From Podargus strigoides (lineage: Eukaryota): a stretch of 64,000 nucleotides of DNA. The position numbers were made by a program, and so were the translations under genes. The DNA is taken from assembly GCA_028020825.1 (NCBI GenBank), contig CM051638.1, positions 14,400,861-14,464,860 of the forward strand. Reading direction: 5' to 3'. Of the stretch, positions 1-12,515 are shown piece by piece. Within the stretch, counting starts at the first letter, position 1. Each line of letters starts with the position of its first letter. A model generated the notes under the pieces. The model was not told where the DNA came from and ran no database searches. It was given only the letters and a program-made list of their open reading frames with translations.

Positions 1-33
1 CTGGGGGACAGCAGGCCTAGGGGGACACACACA

Positions 34-500
34 GTGGGTGAGGGAACAGTTCTGGGGCAGAGCAGGCCTAGGGGGACACACAGAGTGGGTGAGGGAACAG
101 TGCTAGGGGACAGCAGGCCTAGGGGGACACACACAGTGGGTGAGGGATTAGTGCTGGGGGACTGCAGGCCTAGGGGGACACACACAGTGGTGTACGGAAC
201 AGTGCTGGGTGACAGCAGGCCTAGGGGGACACACAGAGCGGGTGAGGGAACAGTGCTGGGGGACAGCAGGCCTAGGGGGACACACACAGTTGGTGATGGA
301 ACCGTGCTGGGGTACAGCAGGCCTAGGGGGACACACACAGTGGGTGAGGGAACAGTTCTGGGGCAGAGCAGGCCTAGGGGGACACACAGAGTGGGTGAGG
401 GAACAGTGCTGGGGGACAGCAGGCCTAGGGGGACACACACAGTGGGTGAGGGATTAGTGCTGGGGGACTGCAGGCCTAGGGGGACACACACAGTGATGTA
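34..500. repeat. 306-bp (6-unit) higher-order sub-repeat present as about 1.5 copies at the window start
   Basis: ORF 34..501 repeats its first ~50 aa after 102 aa. The nucleotide block 34-200 recurs at 340-500, an offset of 306 bp. Confidence 0.6.
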
Positions 501-3500
501 GGGAACAGTGCTGGGTGACAGCAGGCCTAGGGGAACACACAGAGCGGGTGAGGGAACAGTGCTGGGGGACAGCAGGCCTAGGGGGACACACACAGTGGGT
601 GAGGTTACAGTGCTGGGGGACTGCATTCCTAGGGGGACACACAGAGTGTGTGAGGGAACAGTGTTGGGGGACAGCAGGCCTAGGGGGACACACAGAGTGG
701 GTTAGGGAACACTGCTGGGGGACAGCAGGCCTAGGGGGACACACACAGTGGGTGAGGGAACAGTTCTGGGGCAGAGCAGGCCTAGGGGGACACACACAGT
801 GGGTGAGGGAACAGTGCTGGGGCACAGCAGGCCTAGGGGGACACACAGAGTGGGTGAGGGAACAGTTTTGGGGGACAGCAGGCCTAGGGGGACACACACA
901 GTGGGTGAGGGAACAATGTTGGGGGACAGCAGGCCTAGGGGGACCCACACAGTGGGTGGGGAAACAGTACTGGGGGACAGCAGGCCTAGGGGGGCACACA
1001 CAGTGGGTGAGGGAACAGTTTTGGGGGACAGCAGGCCTAGGGGGACACACACAGTGGGTGAGGGAACAGTGTTGGGGGACAGCAGGCCTAGGGGGACCCA
1101 CACAGTGGGTTAGGGAACAGTGCTGGGAGACAGCAGGCCTAGGGGGACACACACAGTTGGTGAGGAAACAGTGCTGTGGGACAGGAGGCCTAGGGGGACC
1201 CACACAGTGGTGTAGGGAACAGTGCTGGGTGACAGCAGGCCTAGGGGGACACACAGAGCGGGTGAGGGAACAGTGCTGGGGGACAGCAGGCCTAGGGGGA
1301 CACACGCAGTGGGTGAGGTTAAAGTGATGGGGGACTGCATTCCTAGGGGGACACACAGAGTGTGTGAGGGAACAGTGTTGGGGGACATCAGGCCTAGGGG
1401 GACACACAGAGTGGGTGAGGGAACACTGCTGGGGGACAGCAGGCCTAGGGGGACACACACAGTGGGTGAGGGGTTAATGCTGGGGGACTGCAGGCCTAGG
1501 GGGACACACACAGTGGGTGAGGGAACAGTGCTGGGGGACAGCAGGCCTAGGGGTATACACACAGTGGGTCGGGAACCCGTACTGGTGGACAGCAGGCCTA
1601 TGGGGACACACACAGTGGGTGAGGGAACAGTTTTGGGGGACAGCAGGCCTAGGGGGACCCACACAGTGGGTGGGGAAACACTGCTGGGGGACAGCAGGCC
1701 TAGGGGGGCACACACAGTGGGTGAGGGAACAGTTTTGGGGGACAGCAGGCCTAGGGGGACACACAGAGTGGGTGAGGGAACAGTGGTGGGGGACAGCAGT
1801 CCTAGGGGGACACACAGAGTGGGTGAGGGAACTGTGCTTGGGGACAGCAGGCCTAGGGGGGCATACTCAGTGGGTGAGGGAACAGTGTTGGGGGACAGCA
1901 GGCCTAGGGGGACGAACACTGACTGAGAGGTGTTGGGGGACAGTAGGCCTAGGGGGACACACAGAGTGGATGAGGGAACAGTCCTGGGGGAATGCAGGCC
2001 AAGGGGGACACCCACAGTGGGTGAGGGAGCAGTGCTGGGGGAATGCAGGCCTAGGGGGACACCCAGAGTGGGTCAGGGAACAGTGCTGGGGGACAGCAGG
2101 CCTAGGGGGACACACGCAGTTGGTGAGGGAACCGTGCTGGGGGACAGCAGGCCTAGGGGGACAGACACAGTGGGTGAGGGAACAGTGCTGGGGCACAGCA
2201 GGCCTAGGGGGACACACTGAGTGGGTGAGGGAACAGTGCTGGGGGACAGCAGGCCTAGGGGGACACACACAGTGGGTGAGGGAACAGTGTTGGGGGACAG
2301 GAGGCCTAGGGGGGCACACACAGTGGGTGAGGGAACAGTGCTGGGGGACAGCAGGCCTAGGGGGACACACACAGTGGATGAGGGAACAGTGTTGGGGGAC
2401 AGCAGGCCTAGGGGGACACACACAGTGGGTGAGGGAACAGTGTTGGGGGACAGCAGCCCTAGGTGGGCATACACAGTGGGTGAGGGAAGAGTGCTGGGGG
2501 AAGGCAGGCTTAGGGGGGCACACACAGTGGGTGCGGGAACCTTGCTGGGGGACAGCAGGCCTAGGGGGACACACACAGTGGGTGAGGGAAAAGTGCTGGG
2601 GGACAGGAGTTCTAGGGCGACACACACAGTGGGTGAGGGAACAGTGCTGGGGGACAGCAGGCCTAGGGGGGCATACACAGTGGGTGAGGGAACAGTGTTG
2701 GGGGACAGCAGGCCTAGGGGGACACACACAGTGGGTGAGGGAACAGTGTTGGGGGACAGCAGCCCTAGGGGTGCACACACAGTGGGTGAGGGAACAGTGT
2801 GGGGGGACAGCAGTCCTAGGTGGACACACACATTGGATGAGGGAACAGTGCTGGGGGACAGCAGGCCTAGGGGGACACACACAGTGGGTGAGGGAACAGT
2901 GTTGGGGGACAGCAGGCCTAGGGGGGCACACACAGTGGGTGTGGGAACTGTGCTGGGGTACAGCAGGCCTAGGGGGACCCACACAGTGGGGTAGGGAACA
3001 GTGCTGGGTGACAGCAGGCCTAGGGGGACACACAGAGTGGGTGAGGGAACAGTGTTAGGGGACAGCAGGCCTAGGGGGACACACAGAGTGGGTGAGGGAA
3101 CAGTGCTGGGGGACAGCAGTCCTAGGTGGACACACACAGTGGGTGAGGAAAGAGTGTTGGGGGACAGCAGGCCTAGGGGGACACACAGAGTGGGTGAGGG
3201 AACAGTGTTGGGGGAGAGCAGGCCTAGGGGGGCACACACAATGGGTGAGGGAACAGTGTTGGGGGACAGCAGGCCTAGGGGGACACACACAGTGTGTGAG
3301 GGAACTGTGCTGGGGGACAGCAGGCCTAGGGGGGCATACACAGTGGGTGCGGGAACAGTGTTGGGGGACAGCAGGCCTCGGGGGACACACACAGTGGGTG
3401 AGGTAACAGTACTGGGTGATAGCAGGCCTAGGGGGACACACACATAGGGTGAGGAAAGAGTGTTGGGGGACAGCAGGCCAAGGGGACACACAGAGTGAGT

Positions 3501-4668
3501 GAAGGAACAGTGTTGGGGGACAGCAGGCCTAGGGGGACACACAGTGGGTGAGGGAACAGTGTTGGGTGACAGCAGGTCTAGGGGGACACACAGAGTGGGT
3601 GATGGAACAGTGCTGGGGGACAGCAGGCCTAGGGGGGCCCACACAGTGGGGTAGGGAACAGTGCTGGGTGACAGCAGGCCTAGGGGCACACACAGAGTGG
3701 GTGAGGAAACAGTGTTGGGGGACAGCAGGCCTCGGGGGACACACAGAGTGGGTGAGGGAACAGTGTTGGGGGACACCAGGGCTAGGGGGACACACAGAGT
3801 GGGTAAGGGAACATTGCTGGGGGACAGCAGGCCTAGGGGGGCACACGCAGTGGGTGAGGGAAGAGTGTTTGGGGACAGCAGGCCTAGGGGGGCACACACA
3901 GTGGGTGTGGGAACAGTGTTGGGGGACAGGAGGCCTAAGGGGAACCACACGGTGGGGTAGGGAACAGTGCTGGGTGACACCAGGCTTAGGGGGACACGCA
4001 CAGTGGGTGAGGAAACAGTTTTGGGGGACAGCAGGCCTAGGGGGACACACAGAGTGGATTAGGGAACAGAGGTGGGGGACAGCAGGCCTAGGGGGACACA
4101 CACAGTGGGTGAGGGAACAGTGCTGGGGGACAGCAGGTCTAGGGGGTCACACACAGTGGGTGAAGGAACAGTGCTGTGGGACAGCTGGATTAGGGGGACA
4201 CACACAGTGTGTGAGGGAACAGTGTTGGGGGACAGCAGTCCTAGGGGGACACACACAGTGGGTGAGGAAACAGTGCTGGGGGACAGCAGGCCTAGGGGGA
4301 CACACACAGTGTGTGAGGGAACAGTGCTGGGTGATAGCAGGCCTTGGGGGACACACACGGTGGGTGAGGGAACAGTGTTGGGGGACAGCAGGCCTAGGGG
4401 GACACACACCATAGGTGAGGGAACAGTGCTGGGGGACAGCAGGCCTAGGGGCAATCCACAGTGGGTGAGGGAACAGTGTTGGGGGACAGCAGTCCTAGGG
4501 GGGCACACACAGTGGGTGAGGGAACAGTGCTGGGGGACAGCAGGCCTAGGGGGGCATACACAGTGGGTGCGGGAACAGTGTTGGGGGACAGCAGGCCTTG
4601 GGGGACACACACAGTGGGTGAGGGAACAGTGCTGGGTGATAGCAGGCCTAGGGTGACACACACATAGG
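446..4668. repeat. Higher-order repeat, type A, copy 1 (segments P-Q-R, ~4,223 bp)
   Basis: Pseudo-ORF pairs are identical at an offset of +6,209 bp: 748→6957, 1110→7319, 1517→7726, 2073→8282 and 3548→9757. At +4,223 bp, segment P pairs 515→4669-frame and 748→4971. Confidence 0.7.
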
Positions 4669-6654
4669 GTGAGGAAACAGTGTTGGGGGACAGCAGGCCT
4701 AGGGGGGCACACACAGTGTGTGTGGGAACCATGCTGGGGGACAGGAAGCCAAGGGGGACCCACAAAGTGGGGTAGGGATCAGTGCTGGGTGACAGCAGGC
4801 CTAGGGGGACACACACAGTGGGTGAGGTTACAGTGCTGGGGGACTGCATTCCTAGGGGGACACACAGAGTGTGTGAGGGAACAGTGTTGGGGGACAGCAG
4901 GCCTAGGGGGACACACAGAGTGGGTTAGGGAACACTGCTGGGGGACAGCAGGCCTAGGGGGACACACACAGTGGGTGAGGGAACAGTTCTGGGGCAGAGC
5001 AGGCCTAGGGGGACACACACAGTGGGTGAGGGAACAGTGCTGGGGCACAGCAGGCCTAGGGGGACACACAGAGTGGGTGAGGGAACAGTTTTGGGGGACA
5101 GCAGGCCTAGGGGGACACACACAGTGGGTGAGGGAACAATGTTGGGGGACAGCAGGCCTAGGGGGACCCACACAGTGGGTGGGGAAACAGTACTGGGGGA
5201 CAGCAGGCCTAGGGGGGCACACACAGTGGGTGAGGGAACAGTTTTGGGGGACAGCAGGCCTAGGGGGACACACACAGTGGGTGAGGGAACAGTGTTGGGG
5301 GACAGCAGGCCTAGGGGGACCCACACAGTGGGTTAGGGAACAGTGCTGGGAGACAGCAGGCCTAGGGGGACACACACAGTTGGTGAGGAAACAGTGCTGT
5401 GGGACAGGAGGCCTAGGGGGACCCACACAGTGGTGTAGGGAACAGTGCTGGGTGACAGCAGGCCTAGGGGGACACACAGAGTGGGTGAGGAAACAGTGTT
5501 GGGGGACAGCAGGCCTAGGGGGACACACAGTGGGTGAGGGAACAGTGTTGGGTGACAGCAGGTCTAGGGGGACACACAGAGTGGGTGATGGAACAGTGCT
5601 GGGGGACAGCAGGCCTAGGGGGGCCCACACAGTGGGGTAGGGAACAGTGCTGGGTGACAGCAGGCCTAGGGGCACACACAGAGTGGGTGAGGAAACAGTG
5701 TTGGGGGACAGCAGGCCTCGGGGGACACACAGAGTGGGTGAGGGAACAGTGTTGGGGGACACCAGGGCTAGGGGGACACACAGAGTGGGTAAGGGAACAT
5801 TGCTGGGGGACAGCAGGCCTAGGGGGGCACACGCAGTGGGTGAGGGAAGAGTGTTTGGGGACAGCAGGCCTAGGGGGGCACACACAGTGGGTGTGGGAAC
5901 AGTGTTGGGGGACAGGAGGCCTAAGGGGAACCACACGGTGGGGTAGGGAACAGTGCTGGGTGACACCAGGCTTAGGGGGACACGCACAGTGGGTGAGGAA
6001 ACAGTTTTGGGGGACAGCAGGCCTAGGGGGACACACAGAGTGGATTAGGGAACAGAGGTGGGGGACAGCAGGCCTAGGGGGACACACACAGTGGGTGAGG
6101 GAACAGTGCTGGGGGACAGCAGGTCTAGGGGGTCACACACAGTGGGTGAAGGAACAGTGCTGTGGGACAGCTGGATTAGGGGGACACACACAGTGTGTGA
6201 GGGAACAGTGTTGGGGGACAGCAGTCCTAGGGGGACACACACAGTGGGTGAGGAAACAGTGCTGGGGGACAGCAGGCCTAGGGGGACACACACAGTGTGT
6301 GAGGGAACAGTGCTGGGTGATAGCAGGCCTTGGGGGACACACACGGTGGGTGAGGGAACAGTGTTGGGGGACAGCAGGCCTAGGGGGACACACACCATAG
6401 GTGAGGGAACAGTGCTGGGGGACAGCAGGCCTAGGGGCAATCCACAGTGGGTGAGGGAACAGTGTTGGGGGACAGCAGTCCTAGGGGGGCACACACAGTG
6501 GGTGAGGGAACAGTGCTGGGGGACAGCAGGCCTAGGGGGGCATACACAGTGGGTGCGGGAACAGTGTTGGGGGACAGCAGGCCTTGGGGGACACACACAG
6601 TGGGTGAGGGAACAGTGCTGGGTGATAGCAGGCCTAGGGTGACACACACATAGG
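4669..6654. repeat. Type A higher-order repeat, internally deleted copy (segments P-R; the ~2,237-bp segment Q is missing; ~1,986 bp)
   Basis: Segment P (4669-5530) matches 446-1307 at offset 4,223. Segment R (5534-6835) matches 3548-4849 at offset 1,986. The difference 4,223-1,986 = 2,237 bp equals the length of Q. Confidence 0.7.
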
Positions 6655-9600
6655 GTGAGGAAACAGTGTTGGGGGACAGCAGGCCTAGGGGGGCACACAC
6701 AGTGTGTGTGGGAACCATGCTGGGGGACAGGAAGCCAAGGGGGACCCACAAAGTGGGGTAGGGATCAGTGCTGGGTGACAGCAGGCCTAGGGGGACACAC
6801 ACAGTGGGTGAGGTTACAGTGCTGGGGGACTGCATTCCTAGGGGGACACACAGAGTGTGTGAGGGAACAGTGTTGGGGGACAGCAGGCCTAGGGGGACAC
6901 ACAGAGTGGGTTAGGGAACACTGCTGGGGGACAGCAGGCCTAGGGGGACACACACAGTGGGTGAGGGAACAGTTCTGGGGCAGAGCAGGCCTAGGGGGAC
7001 ACACACAGTGGGTGAGGGAACAGTGCTGGGGCACAGCAGGCCTAGGGGGACACACAGAGTGGGTGAGGGAACAGTTTTGGGGGACAGCAGGCCTAGGGGG
7101 ACACACACAGTGGGTGAGGGAACAATGTTGGGGGACAGCAGGCCTAGGGGGACCCACACAGTGGGTGGGGAAACAGTACTGGGGGACAGCAGGCCTAGGG
7201 GGGCACACACAGTGGGTGAGGGAACAGTTTTGGGGGACAGCAGGCCTAGGGGGACACACACAGTGGGTGAGGGAACAGTGTTGGGGGACAGCAGGCCTAG
7301 GGGGACCCACACAGTGGGTTAGGGAACAGTGCTGGGAGACAGCAGGCCTAGGGGGACACACACAGTTGGTGAGGAAACAGTGCTGTGGGACAGGAGGCCT
7401 AGGGGGACCCACACAGTGGTGTAGGGAACAGTGCTGGGTGACAGCAGGCCTAGGGGGACACACAGAGCGGGTGAGGGAACAGTGCTGGGGGACAGCAGGC
7501 CTAGGGGGACACACGCAGTGGGTGAGGTTAAAGTGATGGGGGACTGCATTCCTAGGGGGACACACAGAGTGTGTGAGGGAACAGTGTTGGGGGACATCAG
7601 GCCTAGGGGGACACACAGAGTGGGTGAGGGAACACTGCTGGGGGACAGCAGGCCTAGGGGGACACACACAGTGGGTGAGGGGTTAATGCTGGGGGACTGC
7701 AGGCCTAGGGGGACACACACAGTGGGTGAGGGAACAGTGCTGGGGGACAGCAGGCCTAGGGGTATACACACAGTGGGTCGGGAACCCGTACTGGTGGACA
7801 GCAGGCCTATGGGGACACACACAGTGGGTGAGGGAACAGTTTTGGGGGACAGCAGGCCTAGGGGGACCCACACAGTGGGTGGGGAAACACTGCTGGGGGA
7901 CAGCAGGCCTAGGGGGGCACACACAGTGGGTGAGGGAACAGTTTTGGGGGACAGCAGGCCTAGGGGGACACACAGAGTGGGTGAGGGAACAGTGGTGGGG
8001 GACAGCAGTCCTAGGGGGACACACAGAGTGGGTGAGGGAACTGTGCTTGGGGACAGCAGGCCTAGGGGGGCATACTCAGTGGGTGAGGGAACAGTGTTGG
8101 GGGACAGCAGGCCTAGGGGGACGAACACTGACTGAGAGGTGTTGGGGGACAGTAGGCCTAGGGGGACACACAGAGTGGATGAGGGAACAGTCCTGGGGGA
8201 ATGCAGGCCAAGGGGGACACCCACAGTGGGTGAGGGAGCAGTGCTGGGGGAATGCAGGCCTAGGGGGACACCCAGAGTGGGTCAGGGAACAGTGCTGGGG
8301 GACAGCAGGCCTAGGGGGACACACGCAGTTGGTGAGGGAACCGTGCTGGGGGACAGCAGGCCTAGGGGGACAGACACAGTGGGTGAGGGAACAGTGCTGG
8401 GGCACAGCAGGCCTAGGGGGACACACTGAGTGGGTGAGGGAACAGTGCTGGGGGACAGCAGGCCTAGGGGGACACACACAGTGGGTGAGGGAACAGTGTT
8501 GGGGGACAGGAGGCCTAGGGGGGCACACACAGTGGGTGAGGGAACAGTGCTGGGGGACAGCAGGCCTAGGGGGACACACACAGTGGATGAGGGAACAGTG
8601 TTGGGGGACAGCAGGCCTAGGGGGACACACACAGTGGGTGAGGGAACAGTGTTGGGGGACAGCAGCCCTAGGTGGGCATACACAGTGGGTGAGGGAAGAG
8701 TGCTGGGGGAAGGCAGGCTTAGGGGGGCACACACAGTGGGTGCGGGAACCTTGCTGGGGGACAGCAGGCCTAGGGGGACACACACAGTGGGTGAGGGAAA
8801 AGTGCTGGGGGACAGGAGTTCTAGGGCGACACACACAGTGGGTGAGGGAACAGTGCTGGGGGACAGCAGGCCTAGGGGGGCATACACAGTGGGTGAGGGA
8901 ACAGTGTTGGGGGACAGCAGGCCTAGGGGGACACACACAGTGGGTGAGGGAACAGTGTTGGGGGACAGCAGCCCTAGGGGTGCACAGACAGTGGGTGAGG
9001 GAACAGTGTGGGGGGACAGCAGTCCTAGGTGGACACACACATTGGATGAGGGAACAGTGCTGGGGGACAGCAGGCCTAGGGGGACACACACAGTGGGTGA
9101 GGGAACAGTGTTGGGGGACAGCAGGCCTAGGGGGGCACACACAGTGGGTGTGGGAACTGTGCTGGGGTACAGCAGGCCTAGGGGGACCCACACAGTGGGG
9201 TAGGGAACAGTGCTGGGTGACAGCAGGCCTAGGGGGACACACAGAGTGGGTGAGGGAACAGTGTTAGGGGACAGCAGGCCTAGGGGGACACACAGAGTGG
9301 GTGAGGGAACAGTGCTGGGGGACAGCAGTCCTAGGTGGACACACACAGTGGGTGAGGAAAGAGTGTTGGGGGACAGCAGGCCTAGGGGGACACACAGAGT
9401 GGGTGAGGGAACAGTGTTGGGGGAGAGCAGGCCTAGGGGGGCACACACAATGGGTGAGGGAACAGTGTTGGGGGACAGCAGGCCTAGGGGGACACACACA
9501 GTGTGTGAGGGAACTGTGCTGGGGGACAGCAGGCCTAGGGGGGCATACACAGTGGGTGCGGGAACAGTGTTGGGGGACAGCAGGCCTCGGGGGACACACA

Positions 9601-10877
9601 CAGTGGGTGAGGTAACAGTACTGGGTGATAGCAGGCCTAGGGGGACACACACATAGGGTGAGGAAAGAGTGTTGGGGGACAGCAGGCCAAGGGGACACAC
9701 AGAGTGAGTGAAGGAACAGTGTTGGGGGACAGCAGGCCTAGGGGGACACACAGTGGGTGAGGGAACAGTGTTGGGTGACAGCAGGTCTAGGGGGACACAC
9801 AGAGTGGGTGATGGAACAGTGCTGGGGGACAGCAGGCCTAGGGGGGCCCACACAGTGGGGTAGGGAACAGTGCTGGGTGACAGCAGGCCTAGGGGCACAC
9901 ACAGAGTGGGTGAGGAAACAGTGTTGGGGGACAGCAGGCCTCGGGGGACACACAGAGTGGGTGAGGGAACAGTGTTGGGGGACACCAGGGCTAGGGGGAC
10001 ACACAGAGTGGGTAAGGGAACATTGCTGGGGGACAGCAGGCCTAGGGGGGCACACGCAGTGGGTGAGGGAAGAGTGTTTGGGGACAGCAGGCCTAGGGGG
10101 GCACACACAGTGGGTGTGGGAACAGTGTTGGGGGACAGGAGGCCTAAGGGGAACCACACGGTGGGGTAGGGAACAGTGCTGGGTGACACCAGGCTTAGGG
10201 GGACACGCACAGTGGGTGAGGAAACAGTTTTGGGGGACAGCAGGCCTAGGGGGACACACAGAGTGGATTAGGGAACAGAGGTGGGGGACAGCAGGCCTAG
10301 GGGGACACACACAGTGGGTGAGGGAACAGTGCTGGGGGACAGCAGGTCTAGGGGGTCACACACAGTGGGTGAAGGAACAGTGCTGTGGGACAGCTGGATT
10401 AGGGGGACACACACAGTGTGTGAGGGAACAGTGTTGGGGGACAGCAGTCCTAGGGGGACACACACAGTGGGTGAGGAAAGAGTGCTGGGGGACAGCAGGC
10501 CTAGGGGGACACACACAGTGTGTGAGGGAACAGTGCTGGGTGATAGCAGGCCTTGGGGGACACACACGGTGGGTGAGGGAACAGTGTTGGGGGACAGCAG
10601 GCCTAGGGGGACACACACCATAGGTGAGGGAACAGTGCTGGGGGACAGCAGGCCTAGGGGCAATCCACAGTGGGTGAGGGAACAGTGTTGGGGGACAGCA
10701 GTCCTAGGGGGGCACACACAGTGGGTGAGGGAACAGTGCTGGGGGACAGCAGGCCTAGGGGGGCATACACAGTGGGTGCGGGAACAGTGTTGGGGGACAG
10801 CAGGCCTTGGGGGACACACACAGTGGGTGAGGGAACAGTGCTGGGTGATAGCAGGCCTAGGGTGACACACACATAGG
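6655..10877. repeat. Higher-order repeat, type A, copy 2 (P-Q-R, ~4,223 bp), near-identical to copy 1
   Basis: Translations are identical over hundreds of residues, for example 2073..4001 (642 aa) against 8282..10210 (642 aa) and 1517..3058 against 7726..9267. Confidence 0.75.
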
Positions 10878-11189
10878 GTGAGGAAACAGTGTTGGGGGAC
10901 AGCAGGCCTAGGGGGGCACACACAGTGTGTGTGGGAACCATGCTGGGGGACAGGAAGCCAAGGGGGACCCACAAAGTGGGGTAGGGATCAGTGCTGGGTG
11001 ACAGCAGGCCTAGGGGGACACACACCGTGGGTGAGGGAATAGTGCTGGGGGATAGCAGGCCTAGGTGGGCATACACAGTGGGTGAGGGAAGAGTGCTGGG
11101 GGAAGGCAGGCTTAGGGGGACACACACAGTGGGTGAGGGAAAAGTGCTGGGGGACAGGAGTTCTAGGGCGACACACACAGTGGGTGAGG

Positions 11190-12515
11190 GAACAGTGCTG
11201 GGGGACAGCAGGCCTAGGGGGGCATACACAGTGGGTGAGGGAACAGTGTTGGGGGACAGCAGGCCTAGGGGGACACACACAGTGGGTGAGGGAACAGTGT
11301 TGGGGGACAGCAGCCCTAGGGGTGCACACACAGTGGGTGAGGGAACAGTGTTGGGGGACAGCAGTCCTAGGTGGACACACACATTGGATGAGGGAACAGT
11401 GCTGGGGGACAGCAGGCCTAGGGGGACACACACAGTGGGTGAGGGAACAGTGTTGGGGGACAGCAGGCCTAGGGGGGCACACACAGTGTGTGAGGGAACT
11501 GTGCTGGGGGACAGCAGGCCTAGGGGGGCATACACAGTGGGTGCGGGAACAGTGTTGGGGGACAGCAGGCCTCGGGGGACACACACAGTGGGTGAGGTAA
11601 CAGTACTGGGTGATAGCAGGCCTAGGGGGACACACACATAGGGTGAGGAAAGAGTGTTGGGGGACAGCAGGCCAAGGGGACACACAGAGTGGGTGAAGGA
11701 ACAGTGTTGGGGGACAGCAGGCCTAGGGGGACACACAGTGGGTGAGGGAACAGTGTTGGGTGACAGCAGGTCTAGGGGGACACACAGAGTGGGTGATGGA
11801 ACAGTGCTGGGGGACAGCAGGCCTAGGGGGGCCCACACAGTGGGGTAGGGAACAGTGCTGGGTGACAGCAGGCCTAGGGGGACACACAGAGTGGGTGAGG
11901 GAACAGTGTTAGGGGACAGCAGGCCTAGGGGGACACACAGAGTGGGTGAGGGAACAGTGCTGGGGGACAGCAGGCCTAGGTGGACACACACATTGGGTGA
12001 GGAAAGAGTGTTGGGGGACAGCAGGCCTAGGGGGACACACAGAGTGGGTGAGGGAACAGTGTTGGGGGACAGCAGGCCTAGGGGGGCATACACAATGGGT
12101 GAGGGAACAGTGTTGGGGGACAGCAGGCCTAGGGGGACACACACAGTGTGTGAGGGAACTGTGCTGGGGGACAGCAGGCCTAGGGGGGCATACACAGTGG
12201 GTGCGGGAACAGTGTTGGGGGACCCCAGGCCTCGGGGGACACACACAGTGGGTGAGGTAACAGTACTGGGTGATAGCAGGCCTAGGGGGACACACACATA
12301 GGGTGAGGAAAGAGTGTTGGGGGACAGCAGGCCAAGGGGACACACAGAGTGGGTAAAGGAACAGTGTTGGGGGACAGCAGGCCTAGGGGGACACACAGTG
12401 GGTGAGGGAACAGTGTTGGGTGACAGCAGGTCTAGGGGGACACACAGAGTGGGTGATGGAACAGTGCTGGGGGACAGCAGGCCTAGGGGGGCCCACACAG
12501 TGGGGTAGGGAACAG
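11190..12515. repeat. Local 660-bp (~13-unit) tandem duplication inside a rearranged partial type-A copy
   Basis: ORF 11654..11848 is identical to 12314..12508, offset 660. ORFs 10991..11641 and 11855..12301 end with the same ~40 aa. Confidence 0.6.

Noticed and set aside
1911-2110. Marker block as a regulatory element or promoter (it contains the only TGA-rich, slightly less G-rich sequence)
   Set aside because: It is still composed of degenerate copies of the same unit (cctaggggg cores retained), and nothing resembles a TATA or Inr arrangement. It recurs 19 times together with its flanks. It is best treated as a unit-variant cluster, not a regulatory site.
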